This document shows positions 42,149-53,424 of a DNA stretch of 64,000 nucleotides, one piece after another (positions within the stretch are counted from its first letter, which is position 1; each line of letters opens with the position of its first letter). A program made the translations under genes and the position numbers. This DNA is from Balanoglossus misakiensis (Eukaryota; Animalia; Hemichordata): the NCBI GenBank assembly GCA_040954595.2, contig CM082576.2, positions 19,019,028 through 19,083,027 of the forward strand, in the 5' to 3' direction. The notes under the pieces were generated by a model that worked only from the letters and a program-made list of their open reading frames with translations, searched no databases and was not told the origin of the DNA.

Positions 42149-44950
42149 CACACAACACTTTTATTGATCATGGAAAATGTTCATGAGAATTGTGTTATGG
42201 TACTTTTCGGGGCTCACGACCTGTGTTATAGGAAATCTGACAAGGAATCCAAACTGTACCACATACACAACACTTTAATTAAGCATGGGAAATGGTCCTG
42301 AGAACAATATTCTCAGAGTTGACAAACTGTGTTATCTGCGTTATATTGATGTTGTCTAATTTACACGCCTGTACATTTATTTATACTCTGACTTTGAGCT
42401 TAATAAGGCAGCGCCTGCTAAGGTCAATTTGCCACGTACACTTTTAATTAGCATAGATAATGATCATGATAACTTCATTTTCAGAGCTGACAAACTGTGT
42501 TATGTGAAATTCATGTTGCCTATTTCATGATAATGGCTTGTGGTACACAATGGTTAACAGCAATCAGCAATTGCTTGTATGATAGGTATAATGATCGATT
42601 TACAAATTTCAATGGTATAATATTGGGCAACACATGTGGAAGTGTTTAATAAACAGTTAACTGATGTGGTGATGGTTTGTGGTAAAATTGAGGGTACACA
42701 GATTATAATGGGCAAAACAATGAATATAATAGAGGTTGATGATGGTGAATGGTTTCATATGAATGGTGTAATAAAGGTTAACAAATGTGGTGATAGCTTT
42801 GGTGTACATGGCTGTTCATATCTTTAGTAATGACAAAGGTATAATAGTGATAAAAGCTTAAATAAGTGTTAGGGCACAATCTTCATGATGGTTCATTCAT
42901 TGGTTAATGTGTATATTTTATTAATATCATGCTATTGTTTATCAGTTAGATCATAATCAGGGTTTTTCCATGCACATAGTCATCATGAATCAGCGGAATT
43001 CTTCTGAATAGTACCTGTGATCATTTCTGCGCACCGACGCATTGTACGCGACAGACATGCAGAAAATATTAACATGTAACTCACAGGCATAGTGTTAAAT
43101 CTAAACGACTATATGTTAGATAAGCTTTACCTCCCCACCCCATCAAAATTCCAAATTTAGCTTGATGTGACGTTTTCGGGTAGTACCAATTCGGAAACTT
43201 TCATGGTTCATTCATTGAACCAAATATTGGATTTGACACACTGTGTCTTGGGTGGGTAAAGCATGGTGAAATGTTGGCAGTAAACTTTAACCAGACAGGT
43301 CACATGAAAGGAAGATTTTATCATTTGAGTTCGATGGCATACATGATAAGATATGTCAGTTCTGACACCTTTTTTGCAGACGTAGATGCTGATGTATTTT
43401 TTCCATTGGACACAATACTCAAAGTCCAGTCTGTGTTTAAAATGATACCCTGGTCACACACAGTGAGAAATGTCAGCCTTTGACTTAATTATCTAATTTA
43501 TGCATTGTTAACAATGCACTGTGACATTTACTGCATGTATTTTTCCCCCTGTGGAAACTTACTATGCTTTGAATACATGTTCCCTAATGGGGTGTTAAAG
43601 GATACAGTAGGATCTGTTTCGGTAGCAAATATGACACTGTTTTCAACATATTTGACTGGTGGCAATATGTGGTTTTACGTTGGTATCCATCATGTAACTC
43701 AGATCACCTATATGAAGCTCCATAGTAAATTTCACAGAAGTCGGCTGATCAATTCCAGAAAAGTAGATTTTTTACCAAAAATGTGGAAAAAGACAAAAAA
43801 ATGCGTAACAAGTAGAAAATTCACACTATTAGCTTAAAACATACAGAAATGTGTGAGGCTAATATAAGGTACTATCATACCATTTTTTCAAATCAATATG
43901 ACCAGGACTTGTCGAGTTTCTGAGTTTTAACCAAATTAAGGTTTTCCCAGCTAATTTGTATATATTTTTGGCAATGACAACTTCGTTTGAACAAACTCCC
44001 ATCTACAGCCTAGCATGCATCTACACACCAAATATTGAGGTTATTGGCGCAACGGTTTTCAAGTTTTTGATGTGTACGGACATACATCCATCTATCCGTC
44101 CATATGTCCATACATACATACAGACGCAACCAAATCCATAAGGTCCCACTGTATATACCTATACAAATGGGACCAAATAAAACACACAAAAATAACACTT
44201 AACATCTTACAGTGCAGGGCCTTGCTAGTTGATGTGGTACAATTCTATCATATCACTTCACAGCTGGTAGCCAAGGGCAGTGTTTGCACAGAGGAGCCTC
44301 CTGAATGTCTTCGCTCGTTCACACCTCTTCAGTGATAATGTCTGGATTACATTGACATGAAACTGTTTGTTCAGTAGTGTTTCAACTGCCAGCTACCTGG
44401 GTTCATTTTACACCCAAACACTGAAAATATTGCAGCAGTCAATAATATAACCTACACACTGTGTGAAATTCACCATGTTCTAAAGTAATGTTGATGTCTA
44501 ATGTGCATTGTGACTTACAGGGCATGCACGGCTAAAGCTTGTCGAAAGTTGACAAAGCAAAAGACCAGACCAGTTGCCTGTTTTAAAATGTGCTTCATTC
44601 CAAGGACCTTGGCGATGAGTCATGAATTGGGAAACGTTCATGAGACCCATTTTTTTTCACTGGACCAGCACATTTAATGATATGACCATGAAATTGAACT
44701 GTTCCCAGGAGCTACTGAGAGTTGCCTTGTTTCACCCCCAAGTTACTACCTGGGGTTTTTACAATGACGACAGTAGTTCCAAAAAAAAACGTTGTACTTT
44801 TATGAATAATCGATTAGGGTAGATTTATTCATGGTAGTAAAACTTTTTGGCCTGCAGTTGCCAAACAAAGACAATTACAAGTAAGGGACTGGACGTAAAC
44901 TACCAGGGGGAGCGCAGGGGAATTGACGAAAGCGATGGCCTCAAATTAAT

Positions 44951-45306
44951 GTCATAGTCCAGTGGTTAGAGCATCAGACCCATAATCAAAGAATCAAGAG
45001 TTTGATCCCTGGCATGGTTGTGGTGTTGTGTCCTCTGGCAAGGCAATTTACATCTCCTTGCCTCTCCCTGCCTATAAGAAAAGGGTAATTTGGTGGATCG
45101 GATATTGTAATGTGTATGTATAGGTCTGCTTTGCTGATATAAAAGCTGCACATGTGAGCTGTTGTTTGCTCCCCATGGAGTGGAATGGAATATTTTAGGT
45201 CCAACGACCTAGGTCAAATTACCATGGGAAACACTTCAAAGCAGCACATTGAGATTTATTGCATAATGTGCTATATAAGTAATAAATATAATATTGATAT
45301 TATTAC
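44951..45306 (+). mobile_element. tRNA-derived SINE (degenerate)
   Basis: A-box-like tagtccagtggttagagc, B-box-like gagtttgatccc, central gttgtgtcctctggcaaggcaatttac typical of conserved SINE cores, and an AT-rich tail. Confidence 0.65.
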
Positions 45307-45378
45307 ATAAACAACACTCTTACTTAGCAAAGGAAGTGGTCAGGTGAACTATATTCGCAGAGCTGACCAATTGTTTAA

Positions 45379-45721
45379 AGGGGCAAAGTCTCTCATCGCT
45401 GCCTTTTTTCAATTAATTATGTATGATACAAGACGCCATTGATGTTATTCTACATGTGGATATATGGTGAATCAACATTCGACCACACACAACTTCCGTC
45501 TCGTTTGTACGATATGAGAGTAAAAACTCGCCCAAAATGAATAAATGGTAAAGAACGATTATTCATTTTGGCGAGTTTTTCACTCTCCTGTCTATAAGAG
45601 GGATGGAAGTTGTGTGTGGTTGAACGTTCATTCGCTATATATCCACATGTAGAATAACAAACGGTGTCTCTTATCAAATATAATATGGGAAAAAGGGCAG
45701 CGAGAGAGAGACTTTGTCCCT
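45379..45721. mobile_element. 343-bp foldback MITE, Kolobok-like (left TTAA, AGGG terminus)
   Basis: TIRs aggggcaaagtctctc..gctgcc / ggcagc..gagagactttgtccct; nearly the whole element is an inverted repeat; TTAA is present only on the left. Confidence 0.75.
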
Positions 45722-46254
45722 CACATGGGGATTAAATGCACATGCGTGTGTATTTAAAGTTAACTGTAAATCCCCAGGTTAATACGTGGCCAAAAGCACT
45801 GTAATTTGGCATTTCTAATGATGGTGAGATGTTGTTTGCTCCCCAGGGAGTTGAATGGAATATTTAGGTCCAACATCCTAGGTCAAATGACCATGGGACA
45901 ACTTAAAGCACGTTGAGATTTAATGTGCTACATAAGTTATAAATATTATAAAAATATTATTACATAAACAACACTCTTCCTTAGCAAAGGAAGTGGTCAG
46001 GTGAAATATATTCGCAGAGCTGACCAATTCTTTAAGGAAAATTAAAGTTGGGTAATTTGGATGTATTCATACGAGTGTTGGTCAATGATAGGAAAGTCCT
46101 TTGTTCATTTTCAAAATGAAAACCAAAAATGCGAACAAAACACACTGAATTACGTATGGGATATTGATGTTGCCTAATTTGTGTGACTCTACATTTACTT
46201 AAACTCTCACAGGGAGACAAATGTCACAGCAAACGGAAAAATGATTATGCTAAG

Positions 46255-47210
46255 CAATACGCCAACCTTTAAAATATTACTTTAGAAAGTTTGTATTCAT
46301 ACTTTCTTCAAGTTGTCATAACGCTACCCCGAAATGTGTTTAAGTATTGCCTTTGTATTAATGGGCTAGATTCATGGCGTTATATGTCATAAATTAAAAA
46401 GCCAACCCTTATTGATTTTGATAATATTTATGTCGGAGAATCCACAATGAAAATTATGTATTTCAATTTCATAACTCAAAATGATTTTCAAATCCATGAC
46501 CTTATTTTCAACTCCAGTGATCGTACATCCTGAACCTTGTGCCAGTAAATGATTGGCCATTACAGGGTTAATGGGCACTCTCCCGTTCTCTTCCTCCGCA
46601 GTTTCATTCATGTTCTTGTTTGACGGAAATGGGTGTGACCAGACGCTTGAATGTTTTCATGTGGGTGTCGTTGTTCATCGGGATCGGTCTCCTGGTGTGT
46701 CTGTACAGGTACGCAAGGAGAAACTGCCCACAAGAAGCTGCGAGTGAAACTATTTAAGGTAGTATGTGCCTCGCGGTCCGAGATTCAGACAAATGATAGT
46801 CCTCAAAACTTTTTCAAGTCTTTGATTTACTAAAGTGTATGGTGAGTCTCTTTGAAAACAACAAAAACATTACTCACCATATTGTTATTTTTTTGAAAGT
46901 TTAAAATGAAGTTGACAATGTACCAAACAGATTCTATTTATTTCTTCATGACCATGTTCACCCCAAGGTCATATGGACCTGCAAGTATATGCCAGAGCCA
47001 GAGTCGACATTACCGAAGCCAGAGTTCAAAGCTTGCAGGTCACCCCTTGCCAGCTCATGTCTAGCTAAACTGCCATGGATGCCAAGAGATATAGGACTAC
47101 AGTAACCTGTAGATGGTTTCAGTATGTTTGAAGAAAGTGGTGGCGCACTTTTGGCTACATTTGAAATGGCTATGGTACCAGTGGTTGAATTTGCAAAGGT
47201 GACCTTTGAC
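46255..47210 (+). repeat. Long direct repeat, copy 1 (copy 2 at 63045-64000, running off the window)
   Basis: Both start caatacgccaacctttaaaatattac and stay highly similar to the end of the window. Confidence 0.95.
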
Positions 47211-48423
47211 CTGGTATCATTAAAGATATTAAAGAACGATTGAACATTCCTTGTTGTCGTAAAATGACATCTGTAATAACTTATATTTTATCTGTTCATC
47301 TTGAAGTACTATATATTTAAACGCCAATTTTCCATTGCCAATCAATTTTTACAAATAAATTGTAATATGCATGTTGATTTTACAAAAACTCCTTACTTCA
47401 AAGTGAATTCTGTTACACATCACGTAAATATTTTCCCCACGAATTCTTCAGTTGCTGACTCGGAAATTTCATATATTGGGCAGAAATTGGATACATTACC
47501 GAGCCATTAAAATTACAGTTTTCTATTTTAATTGATCTTCCATAACTTCAAGTACTTTGATTTGACATAAATTAAAAACATCATGGTGAATAAATAAAAA
47601 ATCTTTGATTATCTAATTGTGCATGTTTACATGGTTTTATTTTAGTATGCTGGGTACTTAATGTCTAATTGCTCGCTGATTTTATACTGTTCAAGATGAC
47701 AATCTAATTTTAGTTTTCAGCTGATAATGGAAATTACTGATTAAAAAAATTGAATTTTGTCATGAATAAACTTGTTGTTCATGGCAGTTGCTGTATTTTG
47801 TTTCATGTGTATTCAATTTTTGCAAGAATACCATTGAGCACAGTTTGATTTGATTAAACACGTTTATCATTTGAAATATCTGTTTTTGCGCCCTCTACCA
47901 TTTGACCAAATGATTCTCTTATTTTGGTGGCCTTTGTCTGTGTATATGAGAATACTATAGTACTCTCGCATCGATGATAGTAGAAGTTGAAAACGTCTCT
48001 TGCCACGTGGCCTAGAAGAAAGGTGATCTTTAGAGTAAAATAAAACAAACTATCCAGATAGGAAGCTAGAAAAGAAGTTGAATCGTTGAAATTTTATTTA
48101 TTTTTATATTGTTAATATCGTTGGTGATGTTGACTGGCCGACAATCTTTGTCACACCAGTATTTGCAGGTAGATTAAAACATTGCCTATTCCAGCAATAA
48201 TCACAACAGTCTTACTTTTTCTATCTTTGTAAGCGTTAATCTTTATTGACCTCGCTTGTTGTTTTGTGTTTTTGTGTTGGTTTTGTTTTTGTTTTGTTTT
48301 TTTAGTAGTTTCATAATTTTATTTGTATTTTTAAAATGTTTTCCTGTTTTTTGTTTACTTTTTTATTTTTTTTACTATTTGTTGATTGTAATGCTGTATG
48401 GGTCTCGACTGTCGGTCCCAACT

Positions 48424-49726
48424 TGTCATATAACTAGGTAGTACTGGAGTCAGTGGAAACCCAGGTGCCCGCATAATTTCAGGTGTAGTGACACCGTGTA
48501 TTGTCATGTTAATGAATAGGGCTTCGTTAGCTAAGTTTCGTGTAGTAAGAGAGCACACTTCAATTTAGGTCTTGAAGGGAGCAACAAGTCGGGTCTCCCT
48601 GCTCAGTGAGTAGAAATACTAGGGGAAATACTAGTATTGCACCATACCTTGCTGTGTCCATGTAATGCTGTAGCGCGCATTAGTGCTCTCAGGACCACTG
48701 TTTCTGCAATTCGAGTGGAAGTAAATTCAGTACTTCTAGAAAGCAGAATTGTGCTTATTCAGTGCAAACCGGTGTGGTCGGGCGATTGGCGTGGCTGGCA
48801 TGGTCGTATGTGGTGTGGCTGGAAATTGCTCCAAGCAGAGTTCTGTGGAACCATCCTATAGACCCGGTATTGCTGAGCATGAAGTGTGGTGAAGAATTCT
48901 CGTGTAAGTAATGTATTTGTTTATTTATTTACTATAACTTAAATTTATATTTTATGGATATTTATGTCAAATTCGACAATTTGTAAGTAATAGGACGGTC
49001 ATAGTTAAAGCATAATTTTCCATGATATCACATGTAATCATGACGCTTTAACTAGTCCAAATTTCTGATAATTATTATTGAGAAACGTCAGTATTCATTT
49101 GTGAACAGTTGCTAAGGTGGACATTTCAGTCAATGTTTGTTGATTTTTCATTCAGCCATTTAACCCAAGACTTGCATCTAACAAGTCAGTCTTCAGTGTG
49201 TTTACTTGACTACTGGAGGACTACAAGTGGTAGAAAACATGGTGTATCACAGATTGTATGTGTAATGTGGATCGTCGCTACATCGTTCATCTATACAGGA
49301 CTCCATCCCATATTGTGGTTGAATCATGATTGTTTACTATGAATGTTATATACAGCTAAGTGACACTTACCATTGTTTAGACAATATGCAATAGACAATA
49401 AACTATAGTGATATTGTGAATATATTCATTTATGTAATATATTAAGTAACCCATTGTATTGTATGACCAATTGTATCAGCATACCTGTACCTGCTAAATT
49501 GGTTAGGACAGAGACATTTGATATTGTGCATATTGTGCACAAAAATTATATTCCTAGTATTATCTTTATATTATTTAATTGATTTAAATTAAATCAACTG
49601 TATTATTGTATCCGCACTGGTTTGTGTAGTTTCTCCCCATACCTTATCCACGGATGTTTACTCCTTGGCACTGAGAGCTGCTCAATATTTATCCTGGAAT
49701 CAGAGGGGTGCCCTCCACCTCTGACA
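48424..49726 (+). repeat. Putative 5' LTR of the Gypsy element (3' end firm, 5' end tentative)
   Basis: Ends TGACA two bases before the PBS; TGTCA at 48424 is a candidate inverted start; there is no second LTR in the window to confirm it. Confidence 0.55.
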
Positions 49727-49728
49727 TT

Positions 49729-49745
49729 TGGGGGCTCGTCCGGGA
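49729..49745 (+). promoter_or_regulatory. Primer-binding site, tRNA-Pro
   Basis: TGGGGGCTCGTCCGGGA, complementary to the 3' end of tRNA-Pro (as in the MLV PBS). Confidence 0.92.
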
Positions 49746-50027
49746 GTTTTATCGTTTTGTTGTGCATTTGTTTGTATACTATCATAAATTGTTGCCATAT
49801 AGTGGAGACCATGGTTTTGATAGGTAGAGATTCTGCAAATTGTGAAGACGGTGCTGGGTCTGTAGGCTGGTACTGTTACTGTATGTGCGCTTGTGGTTTC
49901 CTGCTATATAATATGGGCCGTGTTGGTTTGCGTCGTGCGTTTGGCTGTGTTGACTTGTGCTGAATGCCCTGTACTGCTAGGGGTTGTCAAACTGGGGGTT
50001 GTAAATCGCGATACAGCAAAGCATATA

Positions 50028-51837
50028 TGCAGAAAGAATATCTAAGATAGGGAGAAAATTTGGGTTGGAAGGGACTGCTTTAAAAGATTATGTTAGAGAG
50101 GAACAAATTAGACAGAGGGATCTTAGGGCTACTGAGAGAGAGGAGCAGAGAGAAGATAATAGGCGGCGCGAGGAACATGAGAGAGAGATACTGAAAATGC
50201 AAATTCACTTACAAGAATTAAAATTGAAAGGGGAAAATACAGAACAGCAGGTTACTGAAAATAATTTGGCCAAAGCGCGTGCTCCGAGACTACAGGGTTT
50301 ACGTGAGGATGTTGATGATATGGATGCGTACCTTCAACGTTTTCAGCGCTACGCCACTGCTCAGAAGTGGGAAAAAGATGACTGGGGGTGAATCTCAGTG
50401 CATATTGTTACAAGGTAAGGATGTATCCACATACAACCAAATGCCTGCAGCGTCTGCAAATAATTATGATGAATTGAAACCAGAGTTATTGAGGGCTTAC
50501 CAGTTAAGTGAGGAGAGTTTTCATGACAAGTTCCGTTCGTGTATGCCACATTATGATGAAAGTGCTCAAAAGTTTATGGACCGTATTGGTGACTATTTGG
50601 GCAGATGGGTAGAACTGGCTGGTACTCCAAAGACGTACAATGGGCTTACAGATCTTTTACTTCGAGAGCAGTTTATTGGAGTATGTTCCAGAGACATGGC
50701 AATGTTCATTAGAGAGCGACGGCCACAGAATGTCCAAGAGATGGTATCTACTGCCTCAAAATACTTAGATGCCCGAGGGTGGTGGAAACTGCCAAGTAAT
50801 GCCAAGAATAATCCAAGGAGCCAGCCGACAGCAAATACCAAGCCTGCTGTATATCCAAATCAAGTAAATAAGTTTAATAACAAAACCAATGGTTCCCATG
50901 TTTTTAAAGGTACGTGCTTCGTATGTGGTAAAGGTGGTCATATGGCCAAAGATTGTAGAAGTAAGCCAAAGATGCATAAGACGGCGGTATTGTTAACTGA
51001 AGAAGATAGAAACTATCCACCTAAACAAGAATGTACACATTGGGGCAACCGTCAACAGCCCAGGGGACTAGACACTGGTTATGCATGTATGGTGGTAGCA
51101 ATGGAAATAGATAAAACAGATGCAACACTGAATAAGGAGTTCGTGTTACCATGTGGTCATAAGCTCCCAGTGATGAGTGCTGCTTGTAGTGCCCATGGAG
51201 TGAAGAAGATGCCGGTAATGAAGGGATTGGTCGATGGTAAGCTGGTTAGCGTTTTGCGTGATAGTGGGTGTAGTAGTGTGGTAGTTCGAAGAAGTCTGGT
51301 GTCAAGTAATCAGCTGACTGGTGAGTACAGGACGTGTGTTCTGATAGATGGGACTATTAGAAGAGTACCTGTAGCCTCTATAAAAGTTGATACCCCTTAC
51401 TTTGTTGGTGATGTTACTGCACTGTGCATGATGAACCCTGTGTATGATTTAATACTGGGCAACATTGATGGTGTATCTGACCCTTCGAATCCTGATACTA
51501 CATGGCAGGAACCATTGCCGACATGTAGACTGTGTACAACTGTTGGACAGGTACCAGGTTTAGCAAATGCTATGGAGACCAGAGCCCAGAAGATAGCCAA
51601 CCAAAAACCAATCAGAGAGCTTAAAGTACCTAAAGCTGTTGGTGAAGTGGTGATGCCAGGGAAGCTTCAACAAGCTCAAGAAGAAGACTCCACTCTTGAC
51701 AAACTACGTGAGAAGGCAATTTTGGGTGACGAGAAAGTGACTAGGAATGGAGGTAGGTTGAAGTTCATCATGAAAGATGGGATCCTGTACAGAGAGTTCA
51801 ATTCGCCAATGGTCCAATTTGGTGAAAAGCTGTTACA
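50028..51837 (+). pseudogene. gag: Gag (coiled coil, SCAN-like capsid, CCHC knuckle) and aspartic protease; frameshifted
   Basis: LGLEGTALKDYVREEQ; DMDAYLQRFQRYA..W; LLLREQFI; CFVCGKGGHMAKDC; LRDSGCS; frameshifts near 50050 and 50390-50405. Confidence 0.9.
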
Positions 51838-51921
51838 CACTGCGGGAAATACTAGAGCTATGTTGGGCAGTATTCCGCGAAGCGCGAGCTCCCATGTTCA
51901 CCATAGCAACGCATTGCCAAG

Positions 51922-52572
51922 ATGGCGGCGCCCGTGTTGATCGATGCCGAGAAAGTTATAAAACGCAAATTGCGAGAGGCAAAATCTGTGCTTAAACGTA
52001 AAAAATGCGTGTCGGACAATCTGTATATACACCCACTCTTTGATGAACTTGAGGATGTGACAACAAGGGCCATATTTCGAAACGACAAGCTGTCAAAGGA
52101 CAAGATTCGTTGGCGTGACGTCGCCGTATTTCCCATGTTTCAGCGTGATATGACCTACTGGCAGAAGACCTTCTACGCTCGGCTGTCAACATCCCCGTCG
52201 TTAAGGTCACCATGGCAAAGCAGCTTTACACAACAAATGCCGAGGGAAGTATTTGATGTTTTTCATCAGTTTGCTACTCGGACCGGTTTTGGTATCGACT
52301 AGAAGACCTCCAGGGCTATCATAACCTTGACCTTCACAAGTTCCTCGAAGCTATTGTATGTGATACGGAAAGGTTATTGCTACGAGGGCGCTATCGGTCA
52401 GCATACAGAGAATATCCTAGAGAAGAAAGTCCGTGGAAAGAGGGTAGCTGTTATATGCACACCTGAGAAGCCCTGTGTTGTGAAATATTTTATCAACAGG
52501 GAGACTGTTGCTGTTAGATTCAGCTTTGGTGCCTGGAACAAACATGGAATTCCATTACATCCAGAGAACTGA
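51922..52572 (+). pseudogene. Transposon partner gene, ~216 codons with a single in-frame TAG (52300-52302); unknown family
   Basis: ORFs 51922 and 52327 share a frame (offset 405); start context caagATGgcg; AATAAA at 52701. Confidence 0.7.
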
Positions 52573-53424
52573 ACCCTATTGATTTTTCACACTGATTCAA
52601 CCCATCTGACGAACATTTTTTTCCTGATCTGTGGCACATGTTGTTCAGTGTAGATGTATCAGTCTGTCAAGACAGTCCTCTCACAATTGACATATATTCA
52701 AATAAAAAAAGGAAAATTAGAAGACTCAAAAATTCATCACTTGTCTTTATTTATCTACATTCAATACAAATGAACAGATAACGTTTACAAAATTTCCTAA
52801 ACTGTAAAATTCTTTTTTTCCATCATTATTGTAACATAGATTTTTCATTAGTTTCAGAAAAAAATGTATGTTACCTACAATCAACATTGATAAGTCAATC
52901 AAAACTGCTCATCTAACAGTTAACCAGGATTTCTGGTCTAAATTTAATTAATATTTACAATTAATTCCATGACAAAATTTATAAATATCAAGAATTTGAT
53001 GAGACTTAATTCTTTATTTTTTCACAAATTCATTAAAATTTCGTGCAGGTGCAGAATAAACAACTCCTCAAGAAAAATGTAAAACTTTTCTATCAAGCTT
53101 ATGTATGTCATACATTTTAATTTTGCAAAGCACTGCAATCACTATACGATTAAGGGTTTATTCACAATACTTAATAGTGGTAAGATAAGTTTCAATTTCC
53201 CTGTCCCCATACATGCACACATATACAAAATCCCATAAGAAACATATCATCTCCAGTTCAAAAAGTGTGAATTCATGTGATTTGTGATCTCCATTTTTAT
53301 TAAATGCAGCTCTCAACTACAGATGAGTCTTTATAATTCTGTAATGTAATTAATACCATAGTTATCCTTTAATTCTAAAGTAGCACACAGTGACACAATC
53401 CACTGTTTCAAATTCAATCATTGT

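Noticed and set aside
44951-45030. tRNA gene
   Set aside because: Degenerate A/B boxes without a full cloverleaf, followed by a SINE body and tail.
48256-48441. Hydrophobic 61-aa ORF
   Set aside because: Translation of a T-rich low-complexity tract.
51838-51940. C-terminus of the 553-aa ORF (HTAGNTRAMLG..)
   Set aside because: Read-through into the inserted transposon; the true pol continues at 57314.
51922-52572. RAG2-like gene
   Set aside because: Too short for a six-bladed Kelch propeller and shows no GG repeats or PHD finger.
53386-53392. RSS heptamer CACAGTG inside the transposon
   Set aside because: Isolated 7-mer without a nonamer at 12 or 23 bp; expected by chance.
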